Positions 48,601 through 60,632 of a stretch of 64,000 nt of DNA are shown here, in pieces. The notes beneath the pieces were generated by a model. The model made no database searches and had not been told where the DNA came from. It saw only the letters and a program-made list of their open reading frames with translations. Position numbers and translations under genes: made by a program. How positions within the stretch are numbered: position 1 is the first letter of the stretch; the number at the start of each line of letters is the position of its first letter. The DNA comes from Hormiphora californensis (taxonomy: Eukaryota > Animalia > Ctenophora): assembly GCA_020137815.1 (NCBI GenBank), contig CM035360.1, positions 5,332,001-5,396,000 on the forward strand, in the 5' to 3' direction.

Positions 48601-50607
48601 TTACCCACAGTTCGGGGTTGCTAGGGGGAAAAGGGTTTCGGGCTTGGGGAGATTTTAGAGTAGTAGCCGGAAAAATGAGAGATCTGTCTGTTGGAGTTTT
48701 AAAGAAAGTAAAATGAAAAAAACAACCTCGTGGGAGAGAAATGAGTTTTTAAAAAAGAACTTTTCCCTCTTCCCCCCCCCCCCCCCTTCTACCCTCTCCT
48801 CCCCTCCTTCTCTCTAATCCTTTTCCTCTCTCCTCCCCTCTTTGCCCCAGTGGAAGTTTGCCAAACCCAAAAAGGGCCCGTTTTAAAAACGGTCTTTCCC
48901 GCGGGTTTCAAAAGAAAAAGTTAGACCGAAAAAGAGATCGAGAGAGCGATAAACAACGGGGAAGATCGGTCAATCGTTGGAGATCATACTAACTGTTTAG
49001 AAGTTATCGAGTATCGACAATTTTAAACCAAAGATAGTTATACTGTTTTCGGTGGAACTGAAATAACCCAGTAACCCACTTATATGATCTAGACACGCAC
49101 AATTAGTTTGTGGCTGGCCAGCCCAAACTTTGGTAACGAAATTACCACGAGATGATATAGGGAGGGGTTTGTTTTGTTTAATTTTCAGAGGTCGAACAAG
49201 ACAAGGGACGGATAAACTTCGTTACCAAGAACACGCTCGGAGAACGAATACCAGAGCCCAGAGCCGATTCTTATCATCGGTAATCGGCAAGCACGTGCTG
49301 CTAGTTTGCCAACCAGTATACTCAGTATTTCATATATGAAATGAATGATTGAAAATATATGAGATAAACCAACAGCCAAAAACCTCCTGTAGTGGTCCTT
49401 GTTTAGTAAACCCCCTCACAAAGTTTCCCACACTAACCTCAAAGAATGCAGTAAGTTGGTCCTTTGTAAAGTCACCCTGATCGTCATCTTCTCCCCTATC
49501 TGCCATTGATTGGGCAACTATCCTCCGGGCTGCCATTTTAATAGCGTCCTCTCTCGTGCACCCTCCCAGGAGAGCCTGTAAAGATAGTATGGGATTCAGA
49601 TCTTTGGGTTTGGGGATAGGTTAGTGATCACAAATAATTGTTACAGCAATTATTAATTGTGATGAATTCTTAGAATGAGAAGTTGGGCTATAATTATATC
49701 ACCCTTTTGGGTGTTGTTATTGTATAAGTATTACTCAACAACTAATAACCGTGGGACTCAAACTCTCGATTTCTCGATTATTGAACACGAGCCTGATCAG
49801 TGATAACAATCGGATCAGCAGTTTTTTTCTCACGCTTTGCAAAACAGCTTATTAAACCTTGGCCTTGTGTTACTACGTATTGCACAAACAATACATAAAC
49901 AATTGTTTATGAAATTAGTAGCAACAACTAAAACCGTGGGACTTAATCTTTCAATTATTGAACACGAGCCTGACCCAGCTGTTTTTTTATAACTAATACT
50001 TAATCATGGTGTTTATTGTTTGGAGTGGTAAATGTGAAAAGAAGAAAGTCACTTCTTTGGCGAATCTGTTTATTTTTGAAACCCAAAGACACCGATAAAT
50101 ACCTGTCAGGCCAATGCTCTGACCACAGTTCTCGCGAGAGAAACGAGAATGGGTCAGGCCAATGCTCTGACAGATAAATACAGGTCGAGAGCCAAGAAAG
50201 TGCATGATTTAATGTCCTAATAACAAGTTATTTTTGGGCTGCATTATTGTAATGCCTGGCAAAATATTATATAACTTGACTTAATTTATGCAGAACTCGG
50301 AAGGGTCAGATCAACTAAATTTAGCTCTGACAACACTTAAACAGTTATCTTGGCTCTTTCTAGAGACAACAGCTCTAACTGGATCCTAATCACTGTCTCT
50401 TTCTAGTTTCTCTCTCTCTCCCTCTATTTTACTCTCCCCCTCTCTCTCCCTCTCTCTTTCTAACTCGTCTACTTAACTTTCTCTCTCCCCCTCGCTGCTA
50501 TGCAGTAAGGCCCCGAAATAGCGTAATGACGGAGTGTCGCGGATGAAGTCGTGAAGAGTCCCGGAAAAGACCCAACCACGCGTATCCAATTACTTAGTAC
50601 CATGGGA

Positions 50608-50647
<40 letters not shown>

Positions 50648-53600
50648 GTTTTTGGTTGGTTTGAAATATAAATTAGGACTCATCGAACAAGCAAAGTATC
50701 ACACACAAATAAAACATATAGTGTTCGATAGTCCAGCCCCATGCGAGGGACACACAACACACAGAAAAGTAAACACGCAAACAATATAATATTAGTGTCC
50801 CACAAGCTTGTAGGGCGGGTGATGTTCCGATATAGCAGGAGGAGGTTCCCTAGGAATGAAGTGGAGGATTGGAAGGGAAATCTGAAATTGCTGAAAATAT
50901 ATCTAGAAGAGGATATGTTACGGGTTAGGTGTTACGTGTTACGTGTTAGGTGTTACGGTTAGGTGTTACGTTATAAACTATAATAAAATCATGGTAAAGA
51001 GATAACAGAAAGCAATGTTAACCATATAGAAAACGAAGGTAGACAGATAGGAAGAACCAACGAAAATTGGATGAAACATTTTGTATGGAAAATGGACTTA
51101 CGAACCATACACTCAGCCTCAAAATAAACTTACAAACCATACACTCAGCCTCAAAAGCTAAAAATTGAAAGAAGACGAGAAATTGTATGGAGAAAACAGT
51201 CCAGAAAAACTGGAAAGAGACCGTGGTCACTGGAAACAAGTACATGTCACTGGAATTCACGTATATATGTCTTTGAAAAGTTAATAATCTTGAGCAAGGT
51301 TCATCTTAAATAATTGTCGAGTATGTTTACTCTCGTAAGAGTGATTCCGTAGAATGTTAATCTGTTTCAAGCGGAAGGTTTCATCTTTTAGTGAATGGGT
51401 TCTGTAGGGTTGTGTTACAATCATCCCAATGAACGGGATCACCTGAACCTTGTACCTGTAGCAACCTGGTTTTAACCTGTGATTTGAAAGTGTGAGTGCT
51501 AACAAAGAGAGAGAGAGAGAGAGAGAAAGAGAGGGAGTGATGGAGAGAGAAAAAGAGATAGATAGGGATGAGAGAAAACTATTTTCACGCTCTCTTTCGT
51601 GGTAACCACACTTCCCATCCACCGCGGCTCGAGGGATGAGAACTGGCAAGGAGGATAGAACCACTGCAATTACAGTGAGAAACAGGTCGACAGAGAGACC
51701 GTGAATGAAGATAATTATAGGATAATTATAAGATGGGGAACATTAGTGACAGAGTTAGATCTCCGTGGTTAAAGAATGTTCTACTTCAAAGCAAGGAGTA
51801 GGTCATTGATTATTATATCAACTTCGAAATGAATCAGCTCTGTACAGCAGCAAAGCTTTTTCGAAGTAGAGATCACACATATCAGCACTGCAAATTATAT
51901 CTGCCAGATCATTACTAACCAGGAACCGACCGAATCAGAAAATACTGGTCCCTGATTGGCTGATAACCAGTCACGTGACCTAAATAACGAGTTCTGATTG
52001 ATTGTTTACTTGTTTCGGTCGGTTCCTGCTTATACTAACCGAGAAAGGTATGCTCATTGACTGTCTATCAGCAGCTAACTCCACAGGTATGTCATCCTCA
52101 GGGTTAGGTACGTACTCCAGGGATATCTTCCTGACATCATCAGGTACCACGATGGGTTCAGGGGGAGGTGGGATGGCCACACCCTCTACTACAATATCCT
52201 CTTCAACACGGGTCTCGTCTGTTTCTCCTGGGATAATAGGGGGTTTATAATCATGATGAAGTAAAGGCTGGTTGAGAGAGTAAGAAAATGAAATATGGTC
52301 TATGGTCTGGCCAAAGTTTGGTAACGAAATTGACCCTCAAAGAGACTTTGCACGCCGACTAGGGATGAGTGAACTTTCGGTACCTAGGGCCCGAAAATTT
52401 TGAACACACGGACACAGTGTCAGGCGACTCAACAAAGCTTACCTTCTGGTATGACCTGCTCTTCCTCATCTGCCTCTGCCTCTGCTTCTTTCTCTTCTGG
52501 ATCCTCTTCTACCACTGCTGGGACCTCATCTACCTCTAAAAGCAGGGGCATTAAAAAAGTAGGGGGTTAGGAGATGAACTAGCAGGGGGAAGTTAGGAAC
52601 TAATTAGAGACCATGTGACACCGAGCTACATAATTATGCCACCCTGGACAGCTATGACGACTAATTAGACCAGTTGTGACCTATAACTACGGAATGTGGT
52701 CTCAAACCCCGAGACCTAATTAGAGACAGTGGTATGGTCTAGTGGGTGTGTGCTATTCGTAACACCATCGTATTGTGTTGCTACGTATATTGGGAGACCC
52801 GAGAGAGACCATCCCCTCCCTAGAGCTGGGGTGGTATAAGTATCAAGATATTTCCAGATCTCCCATCCACTAACTTGTTGAACACCTTCTCTCCCACTTT
52901 TCTACCACTGATATTACAATCCAATTGATCACCATGCCTCTACCGACCTACAACTCAGTCTCCTCCACCACCAGGACTAACTCAGCGGACCTTGCCAGCT
53001 CAATGATTGCCTGGCAACGAGCCAGATACCACGACAGCTCACCCCTACCCAAAAACTTCCCAAAGAGAACCTATGCGGAACATTCTGAGAGAACTGTTGG
53101 GATGAGGATCCGGTTTGCGGTGAAGAAGCTAGCTGCAAAGACGGGAGTACCAGGACGGAAAGAGGAGAAATCATCATCGGGGAGGACAACAAGTATTTTC
53201 AAGTACCAATGAATGAGAGGACATATTTTACCCGGTTATTTGTTTGTTTGTTCGTTAATTTTAGTTAATTTCCCCGAAAATCAATGTTTTTAAATTTGAA
53301 ACACCAACCTGGAGCTGCTGCTTCCTCCTCTTTTTCTCCCTCTCCCTCCACCGCCTCTTTATCCCCCTCTTCTTCTTCCTCAGGGGGTGCCTCTAACTCC
53401 TTGATAAGATTCCTGGCAGGGTCTAGTTCCTCTATGAAGCCCCCTCCAGGTGCCTGATCCATCTCCCCTTCCTCCTCTTGCTCGGGTTTCGTCTCTGTAG
53501 GAAATATGTTATTATGTAATGGTTTATAGGATAACGATTAGGGTCACTCCTCCCAGAAATACTAGAACCCCCCACTAGGTACACATTCCACTGCATCTAC

Positions 53601-54118
53601 TGCATAAGACCTTAGTTACACCCCCTAGTAACTAGTAACACCCTAGTTACACCCGTCCTTAGTTACGCACGTACCAATTGTGATGCGGATTGTACAGGGG
53701 GATCCCTCTGGGTCCTCTGGATCGTTTACCTCTACTTGTGAAAACCGGGCTGGCGACTTCCGGCCACTCTGATTGAGGAAGTGTGAGGAAAGGGAGTTTT
53801 GGGAACTTGGTATAGCAAAGCATGGAAACTGAGAAAATTTAATAGAACACAGAACCTCGAAAGTACCATGATAAAGGAAACGAAGCTAATTTTGATTCCA
53901 AACTGCAAATGGAACAACTACCCCCCTTTACTATCAAAATCACACGCACTCTCTCCGATCCCGGGGTAGGGATAGCAGGACACAAACACACCACACATCG
54001 ATTCTAAACTAAAAACACCCACAAATCACTGTTCTAAACTACCTGGTTGGAAGGTACAATGTAGAAACTATCAGATCTTCTGTCTGGAGAGGATCCCCTG
54101 CTAAACGTCGTGTCCTTG
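41286..54118 (-). CDS. Large multi-exon acidic/low-complexity protein with C-terminal villin headpiece domain
   Basis: Mostly phase-consistent chain: 54118-54043, 53768-53675, 53494-53309, 52535-52443, 52227-52040, (~51476-51456), 49575-49438, corrupted exons at ~48.7-47.87 kb, ~45976-45728 (apparent frameshift), 45321-45186, ~45074-44900, 44636-44621, ~44455-44372, 44032-43927, 43768-43559, 43446-43296, 43072-42981, 41477-41286 (HLEEYISDTEFRRTFGISRDEYQSEFSEWRQQEVKKELGLF*). The start codon was not located. Confidence 0.75.
42361..42551 (-). CDS. Second (proximal) villin-headpiece terminal exon, with two apparent 1-nt insertions
   Basis: After the acceptor AACCAG, two +1 corrections give VLSLYDIQRCPKFLLPPCLNRCRLEDYITDSQFLRNFRMTRGEYAELPFWRQCLIKRRMGLF*, collinear with exon 41286-41477. 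Confidence 0.75.
44229..44350. repeat. (TCTCTG)n hexamer microsatellite
   Basis: Direct repeat. Confidence 0.9.
51920..52028. mobile_element. Second copy of the 109-bp hAT-like MITE
   Basis: Near-identical to 8783-8891 with the same TIRs; the TSD is imperfect (TACTAAC on the left, repeated 4 nt beyond the right end). Confidence 0.9.
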
Positions 54119-54423
54119 CTGCAAACACGGGGATTATATTTGAGGAGTTTTTAGAAGATGAAGTTGGCAAGGGTTGAAACTTGAAAATACAATGGAAACA
54201 ACAACATAAAATACTACAGTCTCTACAACATTATTCAAATGAAAATACATTGGCAGATTTTATCATGACTTGGGGGATTTAATTGGTCGAAGCTACTGAC
54301 AGTGTAGACTGAAACGTGGTACGACTGAAACCAATAACTCACTATTACAGCAGAACGCGAGTACAAAACTCATAAATTATATGATAAAGAGGCTGTGTAC
54401 AGAGTGCATGATGTACTAGTCCC

Positions 54424-54437
54424 GTTTCTATAGTAAC
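54424..54437. promoter_or_regulatory. RFX X-box-like palindrome upstream of the headpiece gene
   Basis: GTTTCTATAGTAAC resembles GTTNCCATGGNAAC and lies about 300 bp 5' of the first detected exon. Confidence 0.35.
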
Positions 54438-54721
54438 CCGATGGTTACTGATCTATACCATGAGCTAAACGCTCACTATCCTCCTCTCTCCCTCACTCTC
54501 TCCAGGGTATAGTGCATCTGCAGGCATGCTGCACAGAGTACAATTAAATTGCCTTCCGTAAATATCCCTTTCTCTGTATGGAACGAAAACAAAAACGATT
54601 TTTAAATGGTTCAACTCTTACAGAGGAGTATAAATCTGAATTTTAACTGGATTTAAAATAATCTGAATTTCTCCTGAAGCAGAGAACTATGCGGTTCAAC
54701 TTCCAATCTTGGTGCAAATCA

Positions 54722-57700
54722 TCAGCTTCCAATCTTGGTCCTCTCCAAATCATCAGCTATCTGGTCAACCTCTTCAGGAGTCCTCCTCTCAGTCTTCCTC
54801 AGCTGTTCGATCACCCCAATATGTCCCTCCATCAGCTCCAACTGCAGGTCCACCTGTTCAATATACCTCCTCTGCAGCTGTATCTCCTCCATCAGAACCC
54901 TCCTTGCCTCCTCATCCTCCCATTCATACACAGCCCGTTCAGCTGATGGTAGATCTGAGTAGTCAGCACTGACGATAGCTCGGGTAGAGTCCACTATGTG
55001 GGTGACACAGGTCGAGAGGGTGGAGGTGTGGTGGGATAGGTCGTTTAGTTGGTGGGAGGTCAGGTCACAGAACAACTGGAACGGAGAGGGGGCTGACATG
55101 GACATGTTGAGGGTGCTCAGAAGAAGAAAAGGGAGGGGGGGGGGGGGGGGGGGGTTTGGTTGGTTTCTGGGGGAAAGTGGGGGGGGTTTTTTGGGGGGGT
55201 TCCCGGTTGGGTTTTCTGTAGTGGGAGCTTTTTTTTTTAATAGGGGTTTGGATTTTATCCCTTTTGGGGGTGAGGGGGCTTTTTTTGTTTTTGGGGGTTT
55301 AAGTTTCAGATTAATGTTTTGGGGATTTTTGAAGGGGTGATAGGAAAGGGGGGGTCAAGGGGAAAACCGGGGGGTTTTTTTTTCCCCCCTCCCCTGGGGA
55401 GAAAGGGGGGCGGGGGGTTTTTCACCTTTCAAATTGTAAAAAAATTGGCCCCCCCCCCCCACCCTTTTTTTTTATTAAGAGCCCCTTTGGGGTTTTTTGA
55501 TTACAAATATTGGAGAAAAATGAGCGTTTTGGCAATTATAGGGGTTTGTTGGGAGATATTGGAGACGGGGGGGGCTTAAATTAGAAGTTTTGGGAGGGGC
55601 GCCCATTACAAGATTTTGGGAACGGGGGGTTTTTTTAAAAAACAAAAAATTAGGAAAATTTTTTATTTTGGGCCGACGTGGTGATTATACGCTAATGGGG
55701 TTTTGGGTTAGCATTCCTAATCACCCCTAATTATAAATTAGTTCTAAAACATCAGGGGAAAATAGGGTAGCAAAAAACCCCTTAAAAAATTTTAAAAGAA
55801 ACCCATCCTATTTGCCCCCAGCACTAAAACCACCCGGGACTTCCCTTTGGAGGGGGGGGTTTTGGGTGGCAGCCCGTAAATAAGAAAAAACCCTAAAATA
55901 ATAAAAAGAGAAATAAAATAAGTAAAATTGAAAAAAAAAAGATCTACAAAAGGCGAACCAAGGAGAAAAAAGCACACAAAAAAGGGCCTGGCCCGGGCCC
56001 CGGAAAAATTATCCCTTTAATGCTAAAAAAAAAAAACGGTTTAAAAGGCAAAAGGATTAAAAACCTTTCAAACCCTACGGGTAGAGAGAGGGGAGAGAGA
56101 GGGGAGAGGGGGAGAAAAGAGAAGAGAGAGAGAAGAGAGGAGAGAGAGAGGAGGAGAGAGAGGGGAAAGGGGGGAGGGGAAGGGGGGGGGAAAGGAGAAA
56201 AGAGAGAGGGAGAAAGAAACCCCGAGCTTCTCTCTCTTCTCTCCCCCGCTCTCCTCTCTCCCCTCCCCCGCCTCTTTTTCCCGCCTTCTTTTCCCCTTTT
56301 TTTTTCCTCATGGGCCAAAATTTTTAATTTCGTCAATAAATTTTAACCCCAACTTAAGAAAACCACAAACCGAAAAAACGTAAAATTTGGGAAATCCTAA
56401 ACACGTGATTTAGTGAACAACTTGACTCGCTCAGGTCCTGATCTCTATTCATTTCTCTCAAAGAATTAAAGCAGGGTGCTAACCTGTTATTGAGAGATGT
56501 ATCAGCACGTTTCAACTTCTTCACGGCATACTCCAACAGTTTAGCTTGCCCCATTCGGATTGGTAGTTTCTATAAAGTAGATTTGTTACCTAGGCGATGA
56601 AAAACCCGCGAAACATCTAGAATTAATCATCAGTTTGGGAGTCACCGCGTCACACCGCTCAAAGAGCTTGGTAGAACGTCAGCTTAGTATCACCAACCAA
56701 CCAACCAACATCTTGAAGTTATTTTAGTCGCCTCTAGAGCACATTAATGAGGAGGTGTTATTACCTTGATATCCTCAGCAGTTAGTAACCTAGCAACAGC
56801 TACAGTATCCACCTCGTTGCTACGCAACACCTCCAACGTAGTGTCCTTCAGATGGGACTTTGCAGCCCATTCCTCCAGCGTCATGGAGGTATCAAACGAA
56901 ATCTGGGGAAAATGATATGGTCAGAAACAAGATGTAAATGGAACTTAAGATGTGTCCCAGGGATATGATTAGGGAGTAGGGAAAAGCTGTCCCTACTAGG
57001 CGAGGATTATATAGAGCCTACTAAATGGTTGGTTGTTATAGACCTACATTTGAATCATCGGCAGCAGGAACAGGCATTATGGAAGGGTACTTGACAGATA
57101 GAGAGAGCTAAATTGATTGCAATGGTTACAAATAACGTGGGTTACACCAACTGCAAGTTACAATGGTTACACCAAGGGCTGACCTTACTCTATAAGGTTA
57201 CAACAAGCTAGGTTACAGGCCAAAGTGATCAAACTATCTAGCTACACCGGGCACACACACACAGCTGGTAGCTATAGCTGCTGGCTGCAGGCCACCCTAA
57301 TTTGAATCAATGTGTCCTGTGGATGGGTAACTGAACCCAGGGAGGGAGGGGGTAGTCCAGGTGGCATGTGTTGTCATGACAACACCCAACCGTTACAGAT
57401 GCTACAGTTTAAACCTTCCAACATACCAGAAGGGGTTCAATTAAATAAAGAATGAAATAGGCCTGGGTTGGAGTAATTGCATCATGTGAATATCAACCGA
57501 TTATATAATGGGGCTTTGTAAAACGTCCTATCGAAGATGCTTCTGATAGTTTTGCTTGGATGCTCTTAGTCCCATGGCGATATAGACTTGGCTGGGACCC
57601 AAGACGTGTGCAGAGTGAACCTTGTTAGTTCTAGGTAGCTAAACAATGACCTGTGTTTTATAAGGCACTGAAAGGAATTTAGGTTCCAGATGGCCTTTCC

Positions 57701-58869
57701 GCTTTCTAGATGGTATTTAGCTAGAAATCTGTGCACAGACTAAAACAATTTGATCTCAAAACTTGATGACCTACTAAACCATAACCTACAACGTTTTCCT
57801 ACCACAAAATCATTAACTTTTCAGTGAAAATTTCACAAGAACTAATGGCTTACCGGTGCTTTTCTTCTTCTACAAGGAGAACAGTAAGGGGTGGATGCAA
57901 TGAAGCTCCAATTCCCCGTCCTGGGACTTACCGGTGTAAGTTTCCACTGGTAGGGAAGGAAGGGTAGTCTCCTTACATGATGGTGATTAGGTGGTGGGTC
58001 TACTGAATCATGATTATAGTCTCTCTGGGAAGGGGCAGACTGAACGGGGCTGGTGCTGTGTAGGGACTTACTCCACTGCGCCTGAGAGAGGGAGGGGTTA
58101 CTGTGAGTTACAATGTGGGTGTCAGATCAAGAGGTATAGACTATAGTTGTTGAGTAAATATATAAGAGGGAGGGAGTCGATAACAAGTCAATTTAATAAT
58201 TCATATTACCTCTGTACTGAGATGATCATGGTCAGGTAAATAAGACCTCCATCCTCCTACTGTATCAGATGGGGATATAGGGCATGATGGCGGTCCTGGA
58301 GATATTGGTGGCGGCGGTAGCATCCCTCCATTAATTGGTCGTGAAAGCATCCCTCCATTAGTAGAGGAGGGTGTTGTGAGTACTGGAAGTAGTGAAGGAC
58401 AATCTAGTAAACTGTTTGTTGTTGCCCATCCGTCATCAGCCCGTAGTGAGGGTGGTGGGTGAGAATTAGGTCGGTGTTCCAGTGGTGGGTGAGAGTTAGG
58501 TCGGTGTTCCAGTGGTGGGTGAGAGTTAGGTCGGTGTTCCAGTGGTGGGTGAGAATTAGGTCGCTGCTCCATTTGTGATGGTTTTCTCCCAAAATTACAC
58601 TCCCTAGCAGATACCGGATAGTATCTCTTGTGTTGTTTCCATGGTAACGATTCCCTGAACCTCACATCACCACCTCCATGCTGTGGGACCTCTCTCCAAG
58701 TAATGAGAGGTGGGCCGTAATGTTGTAGAGAGAGGTGTAGATCTTCTTCTCGATACATTGAATTGTAGAGGTGTAGATCTTCTTGATGATTTGCAGACTT
58801 GTAGAGGTGGTGATCTTCCTCTTTGTTGTCGTAGAATTGTTGGGCTGATGGAGCGCGGCAGGAAGGCAT
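54722..58869 (-). CDS. SAM-domain protein with Pro/His-rich N-terminus and C-terminal coiled coil (~521 aa)
   Basis: Exons 58869-58210, 58081-57854, 57107-57048, 56902-56765, 56569-56484 and 55115-54722 join in phase; the spliced SAM domain reads LEEWAAKSHLKDTTLEVLRSNEVDTVAVARLLTAEDIK|KLPIRMGQAKLLEYAVKKL. Confidence 0.78.
58450..58565 (-). repeat. 30-bp coding tandem repeat (EHRPNSHPPL x about 4)
   Basis: GTGGTGGGTGAGA(A/G)TTAGGTCGGTGTTCCA repeated in frame. Confidence 0.9.
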
Positions 58870-59224
58870 GATAATCGTAGTAGCAACAAGACCGTAGTAG
58901 TGGAGAAATTAAACCCATGTCTTCTCTGTGTGTTAGGAGGATAGTTAGACCACTATTTGGTTTAATAAAGCAGCTTATATACGGTGTGTAAATATAAAGG
59001 GGGCACACATAGAGGGAGGGGAAGGAAATGGGGGACAATAGAGAGGGGAGATGAGACCAGCAGGGTGGTAATGTGTCAATAAACAGTGGAATAAAACATT
59101 GTTCATATGAACTTCCGTTTAGTTAGAAGACCTAATTTTGAGACAAATTTAGAACTTTATTCATCATGTTTACCCATATAATATTCTCTCCGACTTACGT
59201 CACATTAACGTCACGGGATGCAGT

Positions 59225-60026
59225 TTAACTGCCTTCATGGAGGTCACGGTAAATGGTTTGTCTCTGTAACTGTCCCAGAAATCTGGCTAACTCTGTCTCA
59301 TTAAATCCAGACTGAACAGCCGTAACAACCCTGTCAGCGAGATTAATAATTGAATTTCTCCTATCCCCGTCCAAACTATCTAGAGTAGTATCCAACCCAG
59401 CCCCATCAACACATGAACTATCCCCTGTATCACCGGTATCTTGATGCTCCTCCTTCTTCTTCCATTGATTGCTATCAGCTTCCTCCAACTCTCTACTTAT
59501 CTCCTCAGCCTCCTGGGTTACTGAGTCCGGCATGGCGGATAGTTTAGCTAGCTTTATCCCGTAGTTTGTGTCCGGACTGGGGCCTTTTGTTAACTTTCGG
59601 AGGAAGTTTATCCGCTCTACAGAGCTGGTGTTGGTATCGGTGGATGCGGGATCGAGGGCATAGTCAACCTGGTAGAATGGGAAAATAAATTATGTCAGTA
59701 GTAGCAATCAGAAATAAGAACAGTACACCAACTGGGGTATCATGCATGACGTCTAGCTGTACTCATCCCAAAAAGTAAATAACCCGGGGCTGGATAACTC
59801 ACATAGTATACCCTTTCTCACACTGTGTGCACTACAGAACTGGGAACGGCAGTATGAAAGGTACATACCTTGAAGTGATAGTTCACCACATTAGGGTACA
59901 CCTCTTCCAACTTCTCCAGCTCAGTGAAATGGGTCACGAAGAACACCAGGGGTGCAGCCTTGTTGAGGATGTACTCAGAGATGGCAAAACATAACGCTGC
60001 ACCCTCCTCTAGACCCGTTCCACGAC
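59225..60026 (-). CDS. MSH4: MutS homolog 4 (meiotic), last two coding exons; upstream exons were not found in the window
   Basis: Exon 60026-59869 GRGTGLEEGAALCFAISEYILNK..FVTHFTEL..YPNVVNYHFK and exon 59668-59225 ..NYGIKLAKLSAMPDSVTQEA: the MutS ATPase C-terminus with the MSH4-type YPNV.N.HF motif. Confidence 0.85.
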
Positions 60027-60104
60027 CTGTATAATAGGAGTTGTTATTATAAGTGGAAGATAAGTGCATAACACATGTGAGATTTACTATATTATTTTCT
60101 TATA

Positions 60105-60307
60105 CAGTCGGACCCCGATTTACCGGGATGCTCGGGGGAAAGTGTTTTGCCCGGTAAATCGGGGTGCCCGGTATATCGGGGTCAAATACTGTAATTTCCT
60201 ATTTCGGGGGAAGATTAGGCTCCCGGTAAATCGGGGTTCCGGTAAATCGGGGTTCCGGTAAATCGGGGTTCCGGTAAATCGGGGCCCGGTAAATCGGGGT
60301 CCGACTG
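60105..60307. mobile_element. Tc1/mariner-pogo (Tigger-like) MITE
   Basis: TA|CAGTCGGACCCCGATTTACCGGG ... CCCGGTAAATCGGGGTCCGACTG|TA; internal 15-16-bp CCGGTAAATCGGGG(TT) repeats. Confidence 0.88.
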
Positions 60308-60632
60308 TAGATACTCTTGTCTCACAAAATACTTAGGGGTCCGGACTTATGAAAAGCATGCTTCAGATTATTTACTGTCTTATAGAGATTTTTTGCCTTG
60401 TTTGAACCTAGTGGGTCACTGACCAGTTAGCAAGCATTTTGGCATGGCGTTCAACCAGTTAGACCATGACCCCTTCGTATAGTTATTCTGTGCCCCGCCT
60501 GCATGAATAAAAACCAATATAATAGTGGTTAATTAGTTGTGTATCCAAGAACAAGATTCGTTACTAAAAAATTCGTGTACTAAAAAAATTCCAATTAGAG
60601 AAAGATCCAGTTTCCGGATTCCGGTCAGTTAA

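Noticed and set aside
46150-48900. Numerous G/K/P/F-rich ORFs (also at 26.5-27.2, 37.0-37.5 and 55.1-56.4 kb)
   Set aside because: The sequence is dominated by inflated homopolymers typical of poorly polished long-read consensus; these are not credible proteins.
52925-53212. 95-aa plus-strand ORF inside an intron of the headpiece gene
   Set aside because: It has no recognisable domain or splice context and cannot be supported.
58072-58081. Apparent 10-nt and 16-nt (57854-57869) microexons in the SAM gene
   Set aside because: They break the frame, whereas 58081-57854 reads as one open, phase-consistent exon.
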